DNA of 64,000 bases, from the NCBI GenBank assembly GCA_044892525.1, contig CM097885.1:32676001-32740000 (forward strand), in the 5' to 3' direction. The stretch comes from Schmidtea polychroa (taxonomy: Eukaryota). Shown here one piece after another: positions 47,201-59,800 of this stretch (position 1 is the stretch's first letter; each line of letters opens with the position of its first letter). The notes under the pieces are model-generated. The model did not search any database. It was not told the origin of the DNA and saw nothing but the letters and a program-made list of their open reading frames with translations. The position numbers and the translations under genes are program-made.

Positions 47201-50200
47201 ATCTTAAATTAAATATCCATTGGAAATCTTATGAGTAAAAATTATTCTTAAGAAAGAGAAAAATTGATTTCTAAATAAGATAGAAATAAAAATATCCTAT
47301 AATCGATTATTTTATGCAACGATATAATTAGATAATAAATATTTTCGCATTGACTTCGACTTTGACCTAATTGATATTATATTAATTATTAAATTTATAA
47401 TTGATATCTTTAAAATCTTACCATAGCTATCTTAAATTAATCGATAATATAATTTGAAAATCGATCTATTCTATCAAATACCGTACAATTTATTCTTTAA
47501 CCCTTTTGATCATCTTTAATGTTTTTATTTTCTTTTAACATCAATTATTTCCATTGTGACAATAAATAATCGATTCCTACCATGATTTTTCAAGTGTTAT
47601 TTAATAACAGAGTTATTAATATTATTTTCAATGAATTATATTATAAAAGATTAATTGGACATAAATTTTCAAAGATTATCGATTAATTTCTTTCCTTTGG
47701 ATTCGAAAAGAACGAAAAAACTTTTCATTGTTTTTATTGCATGTCTTCATCGAACATAAGAGTACGCATCTTTTTATAGCGGGCCACTGAGGTAAATTCA
47801 GGCTTGTTCACATAGTTAGAAGTGAAAATTTTTTTTAACAAATTTATCTTAGCGACCAATTTTGAGTATTATCGATTTGTTTTGAAAAAATCAATATATT
47901 ATAAAAAAATTAATAACAGTCATTAATAATATTATAAAATAATAATAATGCTAATAATGCTAAGGTAAATTCAGACTTGTTTACATAGTTACAAATTAGA
48001 AAAAAATGTACCTTAGCGACCCATAGGAAAAAGATGAGTATAAGGATTTTTTTATTTTTGAAGACTAACGATTTATTTTGGAAAAATCGATATATTATGG
48101 AAAAATTAATAAGAGAGTTATTAATAATAATTTCAAGGATTTATATTATAAAAGATTAATTGGACAGAATTATTTTCAAAGATTATCGATTAATTTCTTT
48201 TCCCTTGGATTCGTAAAGAACGAAAAATCTTTTCATGATTTTTATCATATGTTCTTATAGAACATAAGATTACGAATATTTTTCTTGTGGGTTGCTAAGG
48301 TAAATTCAGACTTGTTTACATAGTTACAAATTAGAAAAATTTTAATTTAACAAAATTTACCTTAGCGACCCATAGGAAAAAAAATGCGTATAAGTATTTT
48401 TTATATTTTTGAAGACTATTGATTTATTTTTGAAAAATCGATATATTGGAAAAAAACTAATAATACCTTAACATTGTCATCGTAGATATTTTTTGTGACA
48501 TATTCGTATTTGGAATTCGGAAAAGGTTTACCGAGAGATATTGTCGATAATTTCATCAGTTCTTCTTGGGCAATTGTTGGAGATTTTTCAGAGAAAAATG
48601 GCCTCATGCGTTTACGCCAATTAAAATAGACCATATTCATTATTTTAGCACACTCAACGACTGGAAAAAATAATTCCACGTGGATAGAGTAATAAAATCT
48701 ATTGATACCTTTCTTATTAGTCGTCATAGAATCTTTCAGAACGATTTCTCCAATTAGAAACGTGACTAATTCACAGGGCTCGACGGTACGGTAGCAACCG
48801 TTTTCAATGAGACGAACAACGAGAGATTTGTAATCGTTTTGTTGAAATGCCTGGCTGACAGGCCGTTTATGGGCCACTATTTCAGCAGGAGTCCAAACAC
48901 TATCAATCTCAGTCCATACTAATTGCCCGTGAAACATCGGCTGGTCCAATCTACAACAACGCGTTCCAGAGGTCGATTGCAAAATAAAATCCCATTACTT
49001 GCAAGTTGAACAGACAAAGTCTTTCAGTAAATCAGCGTACGTTGCCAAACCCATACATTTCGGATGGAACACACCTCGACAGCGACAGCATTTCAACTTA
49101 ACGAGCAAAAGGTAACCGAGATAATTGGAATTACAAATGAAAATACTGTTGCGTTTTCATTGAAACAAACGAAACACCGGGTCAAATTGCTGCCGGATGA
49201 TGAGTTCGTTTCAAAATGTCTATGACAAATTATTTTCCGTTCGCTAATTACTCTACAGCCGGCAGGAATGCATAGCATGTTGTTGTGATATGATATAGGA
49301 CATCTGAAATGCAACCAATTGGTTATCAATCGATATATTGCTAATATTTGCACTTTTCCATTTTAGATCAATATTTTTATTAATTTAACAATTTTTTTTC
49401 AGAAATAAATTGAAAACCAAATCGAAGTTAGAAAATAATATGGATTGGTACAGAAAACAGAACAGAATTTAGCTGGTGCAAAAATCGATAAATATGGAAT
49501 TGAGATTTTAAAAATTGATTGAAAATGTACCTTAGAGGCTCCAAGAAAAATATTGATGGATGCAAATAACAGAACAGGTATAAAAATCGATAAAAATTCG
49601 TAATGATTGAAATTGAAACTTTAAAAAATGACGGAGAATAGTAAAGTGAGAAGGAAATTATCTTTGAAAGATTTTATTATGATTACTTTAGCTTTAAATT
49701 AAGATTTAACAATATACAAATATATTTTATCTTCATTTAAGACCATAAATTTATTTCTTATTTATTTAACAACTTTACGACACAGCCTTTTCAAATGTTG
49801 ATACAAATTTAATAGAAAATAAAAATCGAAATAAATTAAAAATAATCTAACGAAAAGCAAAAGAAATTGTACAATTATAATAAATAAACAGCTAATAAAC
49901 TGTCATATGACTGTCAATGTTTGTTAATTATTTATAGATTTACTTATAGATTTTAATTATATAAAATCTTTATATTTTATATGAATTAAGGTGAGGTTAT
50001 AGAAAAATGAGTTTACCTAATGCATGTAACTAACGATCCGAGATTATTACAAGGATGTTTACTGTCTTCCCTGGAACAAGTCAAACAGCTGTGATTAGGG
50101 CAAACTACAATTTCCTTCTCATCCGATGTACTATCAATGAAATTCAAAAACTTCATGCATGTTGTGTGGAAATATAACGGACAGTCAGATTTCTATTCGA

Positions 50201-53200
50201 CAATATAAAGCTAAAGATTGCTTTTCAAAAAACAAGAAACCAAATACCGAGCATTTATCAAGAAACATTTTCTTCATATATTTCGAATTTTTACAAATAC
50301 AGCAAAGAGGTTCCTTCGGGACACAATTAACACATTTGTTGATATCGTCGGATCGGAATAATTCTAAATAAATATATATATTGGATAATGAGAAATTCAT
50401 GGATAAGCAATATTGGTCTTACTGTGTGTTAATGAGCACATTAAATGATATGTTGCTTCACAATCACCATTGCAAGACCTTTGTCTGTCATTAGGCTTAA
50501 ATGGTTGCAAGCATTGATGGCAAATATTCGACATAATTGATAACTCGTTATTGGCAATCAATTTGAAAATTTCCATCGAGGAATTCTAAAGAGAAATGTT
50601 GTAAAAATGGAATCTAGGAAGCGATTTAATCATGCCTGAATTGTAACAGATTTCAATAATGAAATATCTAGCGTTTCCCTATTGATAGAATTTAACTGCA
50701 ATGATGGAATAATTTCTTCGGAATGAACTTTGAATTCTTCACTGCACGGAATTGACGAATTAAATGAACTTTCCTGAGAACTAGATTTTTTCTTTTCCAT
50801 TGCTGGATCAGAAATTCTTTTGCGTAACGTAGCTTTTTTCATGTCCTCTAACTCATTGATTCTACGGAGGCGAGATGGGACCTTGATAGAGCAATATTAA
50901 CATGAGATAATGAATTGTTAATTTCCAACTTTGATTTTACGACCAGAAACTCGAGATTTTGAAATATTAGATGCCTCTCCGTTCAAATAAAGCAATTTGG
51001 TTTCTACATCAAGAACACTCCATTGGTCATTAAGTAGGTTTTCTATTTCCAACTGATTTTTCAATACAGAGTTGTTTTTTATTCGATTTTCTGTTTCTTC
51101 CACTAAATATACTCTGCGACAAATCTCTTCAATTTCTGTGTCTAGCAAACCATCCTTCAAGTTTTGATCTTCTGCATCTAAATATCATAACCATAATTTA
51201 CTAATTTTAATAGTTTTCTTCTGATCTCCTTTACACACAAAGCTGATATCGATTTATTTTGAAATAAAAACAATATTTATAAAATATCAACACAATTCAT
51301 GAATGACATAATAGGCATTAAATAAAACAATGTTAGTCAGAAATCTGAAATAAATAAAAATACCGTATTTCCTCAAATAGAACTGACACAGGTCGCAGCT
51401 GTATGGTGCAATTTAATAGGGGTCGCATATAAACTTTGTGGGATTAACAGGAAGTCACAATAACACTGGTAAGAAAGCTAACGCATAGGGTATTTTATTT
51501 TATTAAATTTATAATACTATTTAAATTATTTTTCAATAAAAATAATAGAATAATCATTGTATAATTAATTAGAATCAATATTTAAGTTTAATCGATTTAT
51601 TGCAAACATTGAGCTTGTTTAGATTTGCATAATTTTACTATATTATGCTTTAAATAATTAGGCTACCAATATTTTAAATATTTCTTCTCTCATACCGCTA
51701 AGAATTTGCATATGACTGTTTGAGAACCTGTCATAGAGCATGCAAAAAAAACTTCGAACAATGCTGCTGTAAAGGTGTATTGTATTCCACGATCCTTAGT
51801 GATTGATTGAAGAAAGTAAACATTGATTCAAGAAAAATATCCCAACACTATGAGGAAATGTGACGAGGATTTGAAAATGAACCAGAATATCTTGTGAGAA
51901 AATTTTCAAATTCTTCAGTCGTTTTCTGGGGAAAAAACTGAAGAATTATATGACATTGTAGAAAAAATAGTGAAGAAATAAAGTTTAAGTTTTCAAAGGG
52001 ACACCTTATTCAGAAACAATGTTGTGCGGCGGCGAACCACAGGTAAATAACAAAATACTTTTTCTGACTACATAAACATTTTCTGGATTTCCGAAAAAGA
52101 TTTTATGATCCAGTTATACATGATTTACGCTACTGACGAGACATCAGTTTAGCTAGATCTATCTTCTACAACTCTCACTTCACATAGATCAAAAGTTCCT
52201 AACTGTTGATGCCCGAAGCGAAAGAAAGCTAAGTAGGAAAATATTGAATGGTGTAATTTATTTCATGATGTTATTCGATTTCGCATTATTTTGGCAACAA
52301 AAAATTGTAAACTCTCTAATTCCTGATGGATGTACGTGATTTATTCAACCAGTCAATGTCTCTTGGAACAAGCTCCTCAAAGAAAAAGAATGAATTTACA
52401 AAATTGTTGGATATTTCAATGAAATCTTCCTGTGACACGAACGGGAGCAAATATTGTCCCATCCTCAAAAAATATCTATTTACAATAGATTTGTGAAATA
52501 CTATTTCAGTTGATGTAATAAAACGTCTTTGTATTGTATGTGGAATTACAATCGCGCATGAAGTTGGTGATAATAAAATTCCGAATGGTTTTTTTATCCA
52601 ATGGCTTGAAGCGAAAAAAACGAAGAGATACAATTGAAGTAGATTCGTACAACTCACAAACGATGGTAACAGATCTGGAATGTTTGGAAATAAATGAACC
52701 ACATTCAAGTCAATACTTAATTTGTGTTATAAATTCTGTATTATAATCTTTCTGTATTTGTATTTACTTAACTTAACAAGTATTCCTTTGTATTGTATTT
52801 TTTTAATTTTTATACCAAAAATCGCTTTGAAATAATACACTAACATGTCGTTCTACTTGAGTAAATACGTATTTGCAATAGAATCAATTTTTTATTAAGT
52901 TTTTTATTAGCATCTTTAAAGATTATATGTGAGTATCATAGATGAAGTAGATGAGTAGCACAGCAAGAAACTTTCGGGCTAAATTAAGTTTGTTAATTAT
53001 ACTCGGTAAGTTAAGGGAAATGTTTGGTATTCGTTCTTATTTTAATGAACTGAAATTTGACAATAATGTTTAAAGTTTAAAAGCATATTCTTATTGATTC
53101 TAGGACTTTTCATTGTTTGTCAGACAAACTGAGAGGAATTTAGTAATTTCTAGGTTCAATTAATTTGGATGAACCGTCCTCTGATGAATCCCCCAGGCAC

Positions 53201-56200
53201 GAAAAGTCAGCATACGATTCTTATTTGTTCCCAAATAAATTTATAATGAAAATACCCACTACTGATCCGGATCGTTTTGGTTGATTTTAACCCGCAGCCA
53301 AATAAGGTTGCCAACACGTGATTTATAGTATTCCAGACTTTGCTTGAAGATCCCACTACATTCTCCAATCGATACAATTATTGGATTCTATAGAGGGATC
53401 TTCAAGCAAGGTTTCAATTTATATGAAGCAGTTCCATTTAATATAGTTTCTATTTCTTACACACGAACAAATATGGGAACATTTTAAGAATATTGTGTTC
53501 CAAAAATTCATGTTGGATAAAAATATTGATCTGATATATTTGAAAAATGAATAAAGTTTTACTGTTGGTGGCGTTTTGATCAGAATTATAAACAATTTGT
53601 GTAATATTTCGATATTTTGATGAGGAATGAGTTCTCAAAAAATGAAAGATCGATCGGAACGAATTGGACAGTAGTCATCCTGCATAGGGCGCTTTGTATT
53701 GATATTGTTCAATTCTCTACGTGATATGATACAGACTACTGTCGGAGTTATATCAAACGGTAATTCCAATGAGATACACTTAATATACGAAAAGATATGC
53801 AAAAGACAAGTAAAAACTGATGCATGTATGTTTTACTTTATTGTATTTATTTTATAATTGTCTGCCTGTATTACTTGGTCTTTTCAATCATTGGTAGAGG
53901 TTTTTGCAGATTTGTGCCTAGACAGAAATCACTAGACGTGGAATAAATCTCAGCATAACTTAGGGGTATTACTGTGTCGTTTTTTTGAATAAATTACAAT
54001 AAATGAATTTCATAATCATTTTGTTTATAATTCAATATAAACTCAACATTATTCAGATACTGAAATAAATAATAATAATAATAGCCCATTTTGAGATAAA
54101 ATAGATAAGCTATTGGCCAATTTTGTATATCAACTTATTGGGATTGTTTTTGAAATTTTTATTTATTATTATGATAGATTTTAGGGCTTTAAATGGGAAC
54201 ATGTGGAATTGAGAAGGAGCGATGGTATTATCTGATTCATGGACTAGAAATTACCCATTTTGTGATAAAATTAAACTCTTGCAAACATTTGATGAATTAT
54301 ATGAGAAATAAATATGAAATCAGTTAGCTCCCCCTCCTGTAACCTATTGGTCAACAATGTGTTACAATTTATTGGTATCATTTTTTAAAATTTTACTTAA
54401 TTACTATGATAGATTTTATATTTTAATTTGATAATATTTCTATAGTAAATAACTGACCACCAATACATGTCCATTTTAGGACTTTAAATGGGAACACGTG
54501 GAATTGAGAAGGAGCGATGGTATTATCTGATTCTTGCACTAGAAATTACCGATCTTGTGATAAAATTAAACTTCTTGCAAACATTTTATGGATTATATGA
54601 GAAATATATATTAAATCGGTTAGCTCCCACCTCATTGGTCGATAATGTATTACAACTTATTGGTATCGTTTTTGGAAATTTTACTTATCATTATGATTTA
54701 TTTTGGTTTGAGATTGTCAATAAATGTCCATTTTAGGTTATTAAATTGTAATGGAAGAGGTGGCAGCGGGCCTATTGGCATTATCTTGGAACTAGGGTGC
54801 TGAAATTTTGCATGTGGCCCTCATTTGACTCGGGACAGGTCATAGGCTATGTTTCAACCCCATGTGACCCCCATAGGGTACCCTAACCCTACTCAGGGTC
54901 ACCTTGATTTACCACAGTTGATACGCATTAACATTTTTCAAATTTTTAAAGCGTTATTATACTTAGTTTTAAATTCCATCTATACATTGCACTACTGAAA
55001 ATTGCATCAGAAGTCGGCTTCCCATCGTAAAATTTGGTCCCCAAAAGCAACTTCCGAGATTTTTTAAATTAATTTTTAATGTATTATATAAATTTTTTTT
55101 TAAATGAATGAACTGAAATAAATTTCTTTATTTTGAATCTGTTTACTATTTTTGAAATCATGCAACCCCAGATACCCAAGCTAGAAAACGTAAATTATTG
55201 GCCAATTTTGTATTACAACTTATTGGTATAGTTTATGAAATTTTTATTTATTATTATGATATTTTTAAATATTTTATTTTGATAATATTTCAATAGAATA
55301 AATCTAATCAATATTAATTGGAAGTATATGTAATTTGGGGACATTATGTAATTCGGTCGATAAATTTGCTTTCAACAACAAAAGATAATCCTTTTTGAAA
55401 TAAATTATCACTACTTGAATGGATATTTGGTTTATAAAAAGATAAATATAACATTTCCTTGCACGCCCCCCTTTAAAATTGATTACCCAATTTTGTTTAT
55501 TGGTATCGGTTTTGTTTATTATTATATTAAATTTGTTTGAAAGTGTTTTGTAGTAAATAACTTATACTAATAATTATCATTTTATGGCATTAAACGGGAT
55601 GATTACATAAAGAGGGTGTGAGGAGGGTGGGGGGGGGCTAACATGATTTACCTCAGATATCACTATTGATTGCGCCAATCCCATAAATATACAGATAAGA
55701 ATGAAAAAGAAATAGAAAATCTCTTTAATAACCATTGAAACCCTTTACCGTTATGTGTATGTGTGTGTGTAATACGCCAGGAAATGAATGAGCTAATATG
55801 ATAGAAGAAGTGGATACCACAAGCTCCGGTGACTTTATGCTAGTATCCAAATAGTAAAATGAAAAACATGTATAAGTATATAATATAAGTAATTCGAAAT
55901 TAATAAAAAATACATTATGTGAAATGCCGTCCAATAAATATCCAAATATGTTAACATACACACAAACATGATACTAAAAATAGCTTCAAAATTAAATATT
56001 TAATGTTTATTAATTGAAAAATTATTAACGTTTTGAAAGATAGCTAAAAATGAATCTAACCATTTTATAATTTATCTAACATTAGTAATGAGTGATTATT
56101 GGGACATAAATTGAATTAAATTTGAAAATTAGTTAATCGCTTAATAATTGGGGTTTAGAAAATAAAATATAATATCTTACCAATACATTTTGTTTCGACA

Positions 56201-56800
56201 GATATATTATCCGACAAACTACTGGTTTCGGAAAATTTACAGCTAGTTCTGATAGGCTTTCTTTTAGATTTTGGCTTTTTTACAATAGTTAATGATTCAT
56301 TTAATTTAGGCAATCGAACTATTCGTTCAATGTTTGGTAGGGGATAAATATTTTCAGCATCTTGACAAGCCTGTATCCACATGGCTTGAATTTGGCCGGT
56401 CATTTTCATTTCATATATTAATTTATGCTTTATATATAGAGTTAATATCTTGTATAGTAAGTAATCTATTAACTTGTGGAGGCAAAGAACTTCTTAGTTG
56501 TTGTTCGACATAAGTTTCAAAGTTTTCAGTACCGTTATATTTGATTAGAAAATTACTGGTTATCCAGCAAGCATCATAAACTTGTCCAATAAATTGCACG
56601 TGATACTGGATACCAGGTTTTTCTAGAAGTGATTTAATTTTTAGTAGATATATATAATAGATTTATATAAAGGAAATTTGTAAATTCTTACTTCGAGTTC
56701 GCTTAATTTCATTATTGCTGCTTTTCATAATTACACAGGGCCACCATGGATAGGATTGTGACTTACCCCAGAACATTTCTCCTAATTCGTATGTAGTCAT
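44206..56800 (-). CDS. NSD/Mes-4-family chromatin protein (PWWP, HMG-like, PHD fingers, PWWP, AWS, SET, post-SET, PHD/C5HCH); divergent, multi-exon
   Basis: Exons: 56800-56692 (MFWGKSQSYPWWPC), ~56622-56474 (YHVQFIG..ACWI), ~56450-56180, ~51177-50930, PHD exons ~50585-48990, second PWWP ~48980-48467, 45890-45666, 45609-44206 (RFLNHSC, EITIDY, CNCRALNC, PHD). Further 5' exons are possible. Confidence 0.88.
46069..46401. mobile_element. hAT-type MITE (333 bp) in an NSD intron
   Basis: TIRs CAATGTTCCCTCTAAG / CTTAAAGGGAACGTTG; perfect 8-bp TSD ATCGCAAG (46061-46068, 46402-46409). Confidence 0.9.
46415..46787. repeat. Three degenerate tandem units (~130-155 bp)
   Basis: TTGGATAATTCG..TCTTTAAAAA..AAAGCTTGAAAG.AAGACAG recurs at ~46415, ~46572 and ~46702. 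Confidence 0.8.
47600..48465. repeat. Intronic tandem duplication
   Basis: AAGATTAATTGGACA..GATTATCGATTAATTTCTTT at ~47647 and ~48151; AGGTAAATTCAG.CTTGTT.ACATAGTTA occurs three times. Confidence 0.75.
51361..52871 (+). mobile_element. Decayed pogo/Tigger-like (Tc1/mariner superfamily) transposon in an NSD intron
   Basis: TA-flanked TIRs TACCGTATTTCCTCAAATAGAAC / GTTCTACTTGAGTAAATACGTA; remnants ATDETS (~52129), IQPVNVSWNKLLKE (~52343), VCGIT. Confidence 0.8.
54110..54740. repeat. ~296-bp tandem duplication
   Basis: TTTAAATGGGAACA.GTGGAATTGAGAAGGAGCGATGGTATTATCTGATTC at ~54188 and ~54483. Confidence 0.85.
54765..55184 (+). mobile_element. Possible non-autonomous Helitron-like fragment
   Basis: CTGAAATTTTGCATG and CATAGGCTAT motifs; 3' end GCAACCCCAGATACCCAAGCTAG resembles the hairpin+CTAG Helitron terminus, but is not followed by T. 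Confidence 0.4.
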
Positions 56801-59800
56801 TTCTAAAATTTATACAAATATATATTAGGAATACATAAAAGTTTATTTAAATGTATCCAAACAAAATAAATGAAAATTATCACGAAAATATTATTAAGAA
56901 ACATTTTTAATTATTCAATTAAATGCCATTTCAGTTCAATTTATAATAATTAAAACAATTAAAACTAGCTGATTTCAAATTATTTTTTAAAAGTCTTTGT
57001 CTTGGATTAATAAAAAATTATACTGATATCGCCTGAATCTTTGACCATTTTACTTATTGTTAATAATTAATATGAACACATTTCTTGTATAAGCTTCAAA
57101 TGAATCAAGTGGAAGGTCAAGTTTGTTTTAAAATATTTCAAACGTAAATTTTAAAAACTATAATTCCATAAATTAAAATTTAATTTCTTAATTAATATAA
57201 ATTAAAGTTATTCATAGAACTTATTTGGAAAAAAACCTTGAGGATGTAATCATATTTGTTTTAATACTTATACCAACATTCTTAATTCAATTAACTTTTT
57301 ATCCTTAACTAAACGTTAGAAGCTTTATTTTAATTATAAATTACAAGGAAAATAGCATTAAAACATTGATATTGATAAATAAAATCTTGACACTTAGAAT
57401 GATTAGATCTATTTTTAGATACATAATTCAAGTTGTAAGAATAATAATTTAATAAATATAAATTTCAAACGATAATTATTGAACTCTGCAAACTTTCTAA
57501 CAAAGCTTTTTTCGATGTTTTAAATGTGCATTTATTAACAACTTTCTGGTACATTAACCCCCTCCATTTTTCTTTTCGGGGTCCTTATTTGGGAATTGGT
57601 TTTGTTTTCCTATATGATTTTTAGTTTGTGTTTTAAAATATGTTAAAAATTCTGATGAAAATAATTAATAAAAAAGCTGCTGTAATTCAGTATATTCGTC
57701 AAAAACAACTGCATCAATGAAAAAGGATTTATACTAAAGCTTTTATGAAAAAGCGTTTCTCAAATGATAAATACTTTAAGTTAAATTTTCTTTGGATGAA
57801 ATTGTTTTTGAATGGAATATTATATATAATTTTTTGGACTTTTCATAGTTTATATCTCACCTAAAATTTATTATAATTTTATTCAAAATTTTTAGTTTTT
57901 ATATATTAACTTCTTGATTAAATTATTAAATTATCTTTTCAAAAACATTTCCTATTTTTTATATAATATTGAATGAAAAGTATTAATAAAAGCTTTGAAT
58001 TTTGATGCAGCAAAATGTTGGACAGTTTAATTTGGAAAGGCTAATGAATGATTAAAATGTATAGTTTATACATATCTAAGTTGAAATTATATGTTAATTT
58101 AAATTTCAAATCAAAATAGCTTTTTCACCTTGAATTTTAATGATATTAATCTTTCGTCTGGTGTACTTGCAACCGACAGGCTCATATGTACACTTTTCTG
58201 TACTACCTGTAGAGTTTTCTCAGTTTACAACACTAGCCAGTCAAAAATAATTTCAAATTAAATTTTTGACAAAGACAAATTCATTCTTTTATTGGAAGAC
58301 TTGGTCTTTGGGAAACGGTGATTATTTACAGATAGACATCGGACGTGTCAATAATAGTGTCACTTTAATTTTTTAGTAATTTATTAATTATCATAATTTT
58401 AAATTTTATTCAATATTATATTAAAAAATATCAATCATAATATTTAACAATTAATTTAAATTGTATTTATTAAAAAGAAATCAGTGGTGAATATTGACAG
58501 AAAAAGTTCTTATAATTAATTTAAAGTAATTTACTATTAAATTAGAAATTAACATGGTTATCAAATCTCAACTTGATGATATTATACAAATAAAAATGTA
58601 GGTATAACAATTGATTATCGACTAGGCTTACCACTCGTTCGGTTTTCGCACTACATTTAGGTAATCAAATGAATTGTTCGTTGTTCGTTTGGCACCCAGG
58701 CCGAAAGTTAAAATGTTCGGTTATTGTATCAATTAATTAAATTTCATGTAAAAAAATTAATTTAGCTTAAAAATATTGTTTTACATTATCTTAATTGCCA
58801 CTACCTGTTTGTTAATATCTGGAAGAAGAAGTGATAATTCTTCCATAATGACTGATATATTTATTTAATATATTATGAAATAAAAAGTGTTAATTTTAAT
58901 TTTTTGTTTTTGTTTTTGTTTTTTCGTTTATACATTTAATATTAATATTTAAATAAATATTGTAGATACACTTATTATAAAATTGATTTTTTATTTAAAT
59001 TATTATTTTTTTAATTGGTTTGAGTGTTTGTATATCGGTCGAGAAAAAGGTGGTAACCCTATTATCAATCCTTATAAAAACGTTTACAATAAATAAATTT
59101 ATGTATATCAAACTTTTGAAATGTTTTGAATGTAATTTGTTGAGTTTCGTATATTTTTTGAATGTTTGTATTTTGGCTCCTAATTTCAGCACTTATTTAC
59201 AGTTCTTCTGAATAACAGAATATTTAAGGGCGACCTTACTGAGAAACAAATTATTTGTTATACTAATATTATCTGTCAATGATTTTTAAGTATTTTTAAG
59301 TAAGTTATTATTTTTTATTTATTTATGCACTGATTGTTACAAAAAATCCGCGAACTCTATTATCATTGTCAATATAACTTAAAAATGACAGTTTACAAGC
59401 AAAAATAATATTTGACCACAGTTTTTTTCATTAAAGATTCATAAATCTTTGAAATATGGCTGACGTGGTAGCTATAGAAATGTCGTTCTATTGAAATCAT
59501 ATTGAATGTTTTTCAATAAAAATGTAGTTTTCAATTTTGAAGATTCTTCAATTTCTACTTGATAATAAACATTTCTTGAATTAATAATCGAGAAATATTT
59601 GCTCTACGTAAAACATCCAGATTTTCATTTTATTTGTAATAAGAAAATTGGCCTTCAATGTACGATAATCCGAGCATATTCTAATATCACTGCTGTCTTT
59701 TTTTATAAGCATACTAATAATAGATATTTTTACTTTGTAGTAGTTCTGCTATGTTGTCACTTTCGGAATATTTTTTCTATTTTTCTATTAAATGTTGTGA

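Noticed and set aside
53165..53225. Hammerhead-like core CTGATGA...GAAA
   Set aside because: Stem II is imperfect and I could not form stems I and III with a valid cleavage triplet
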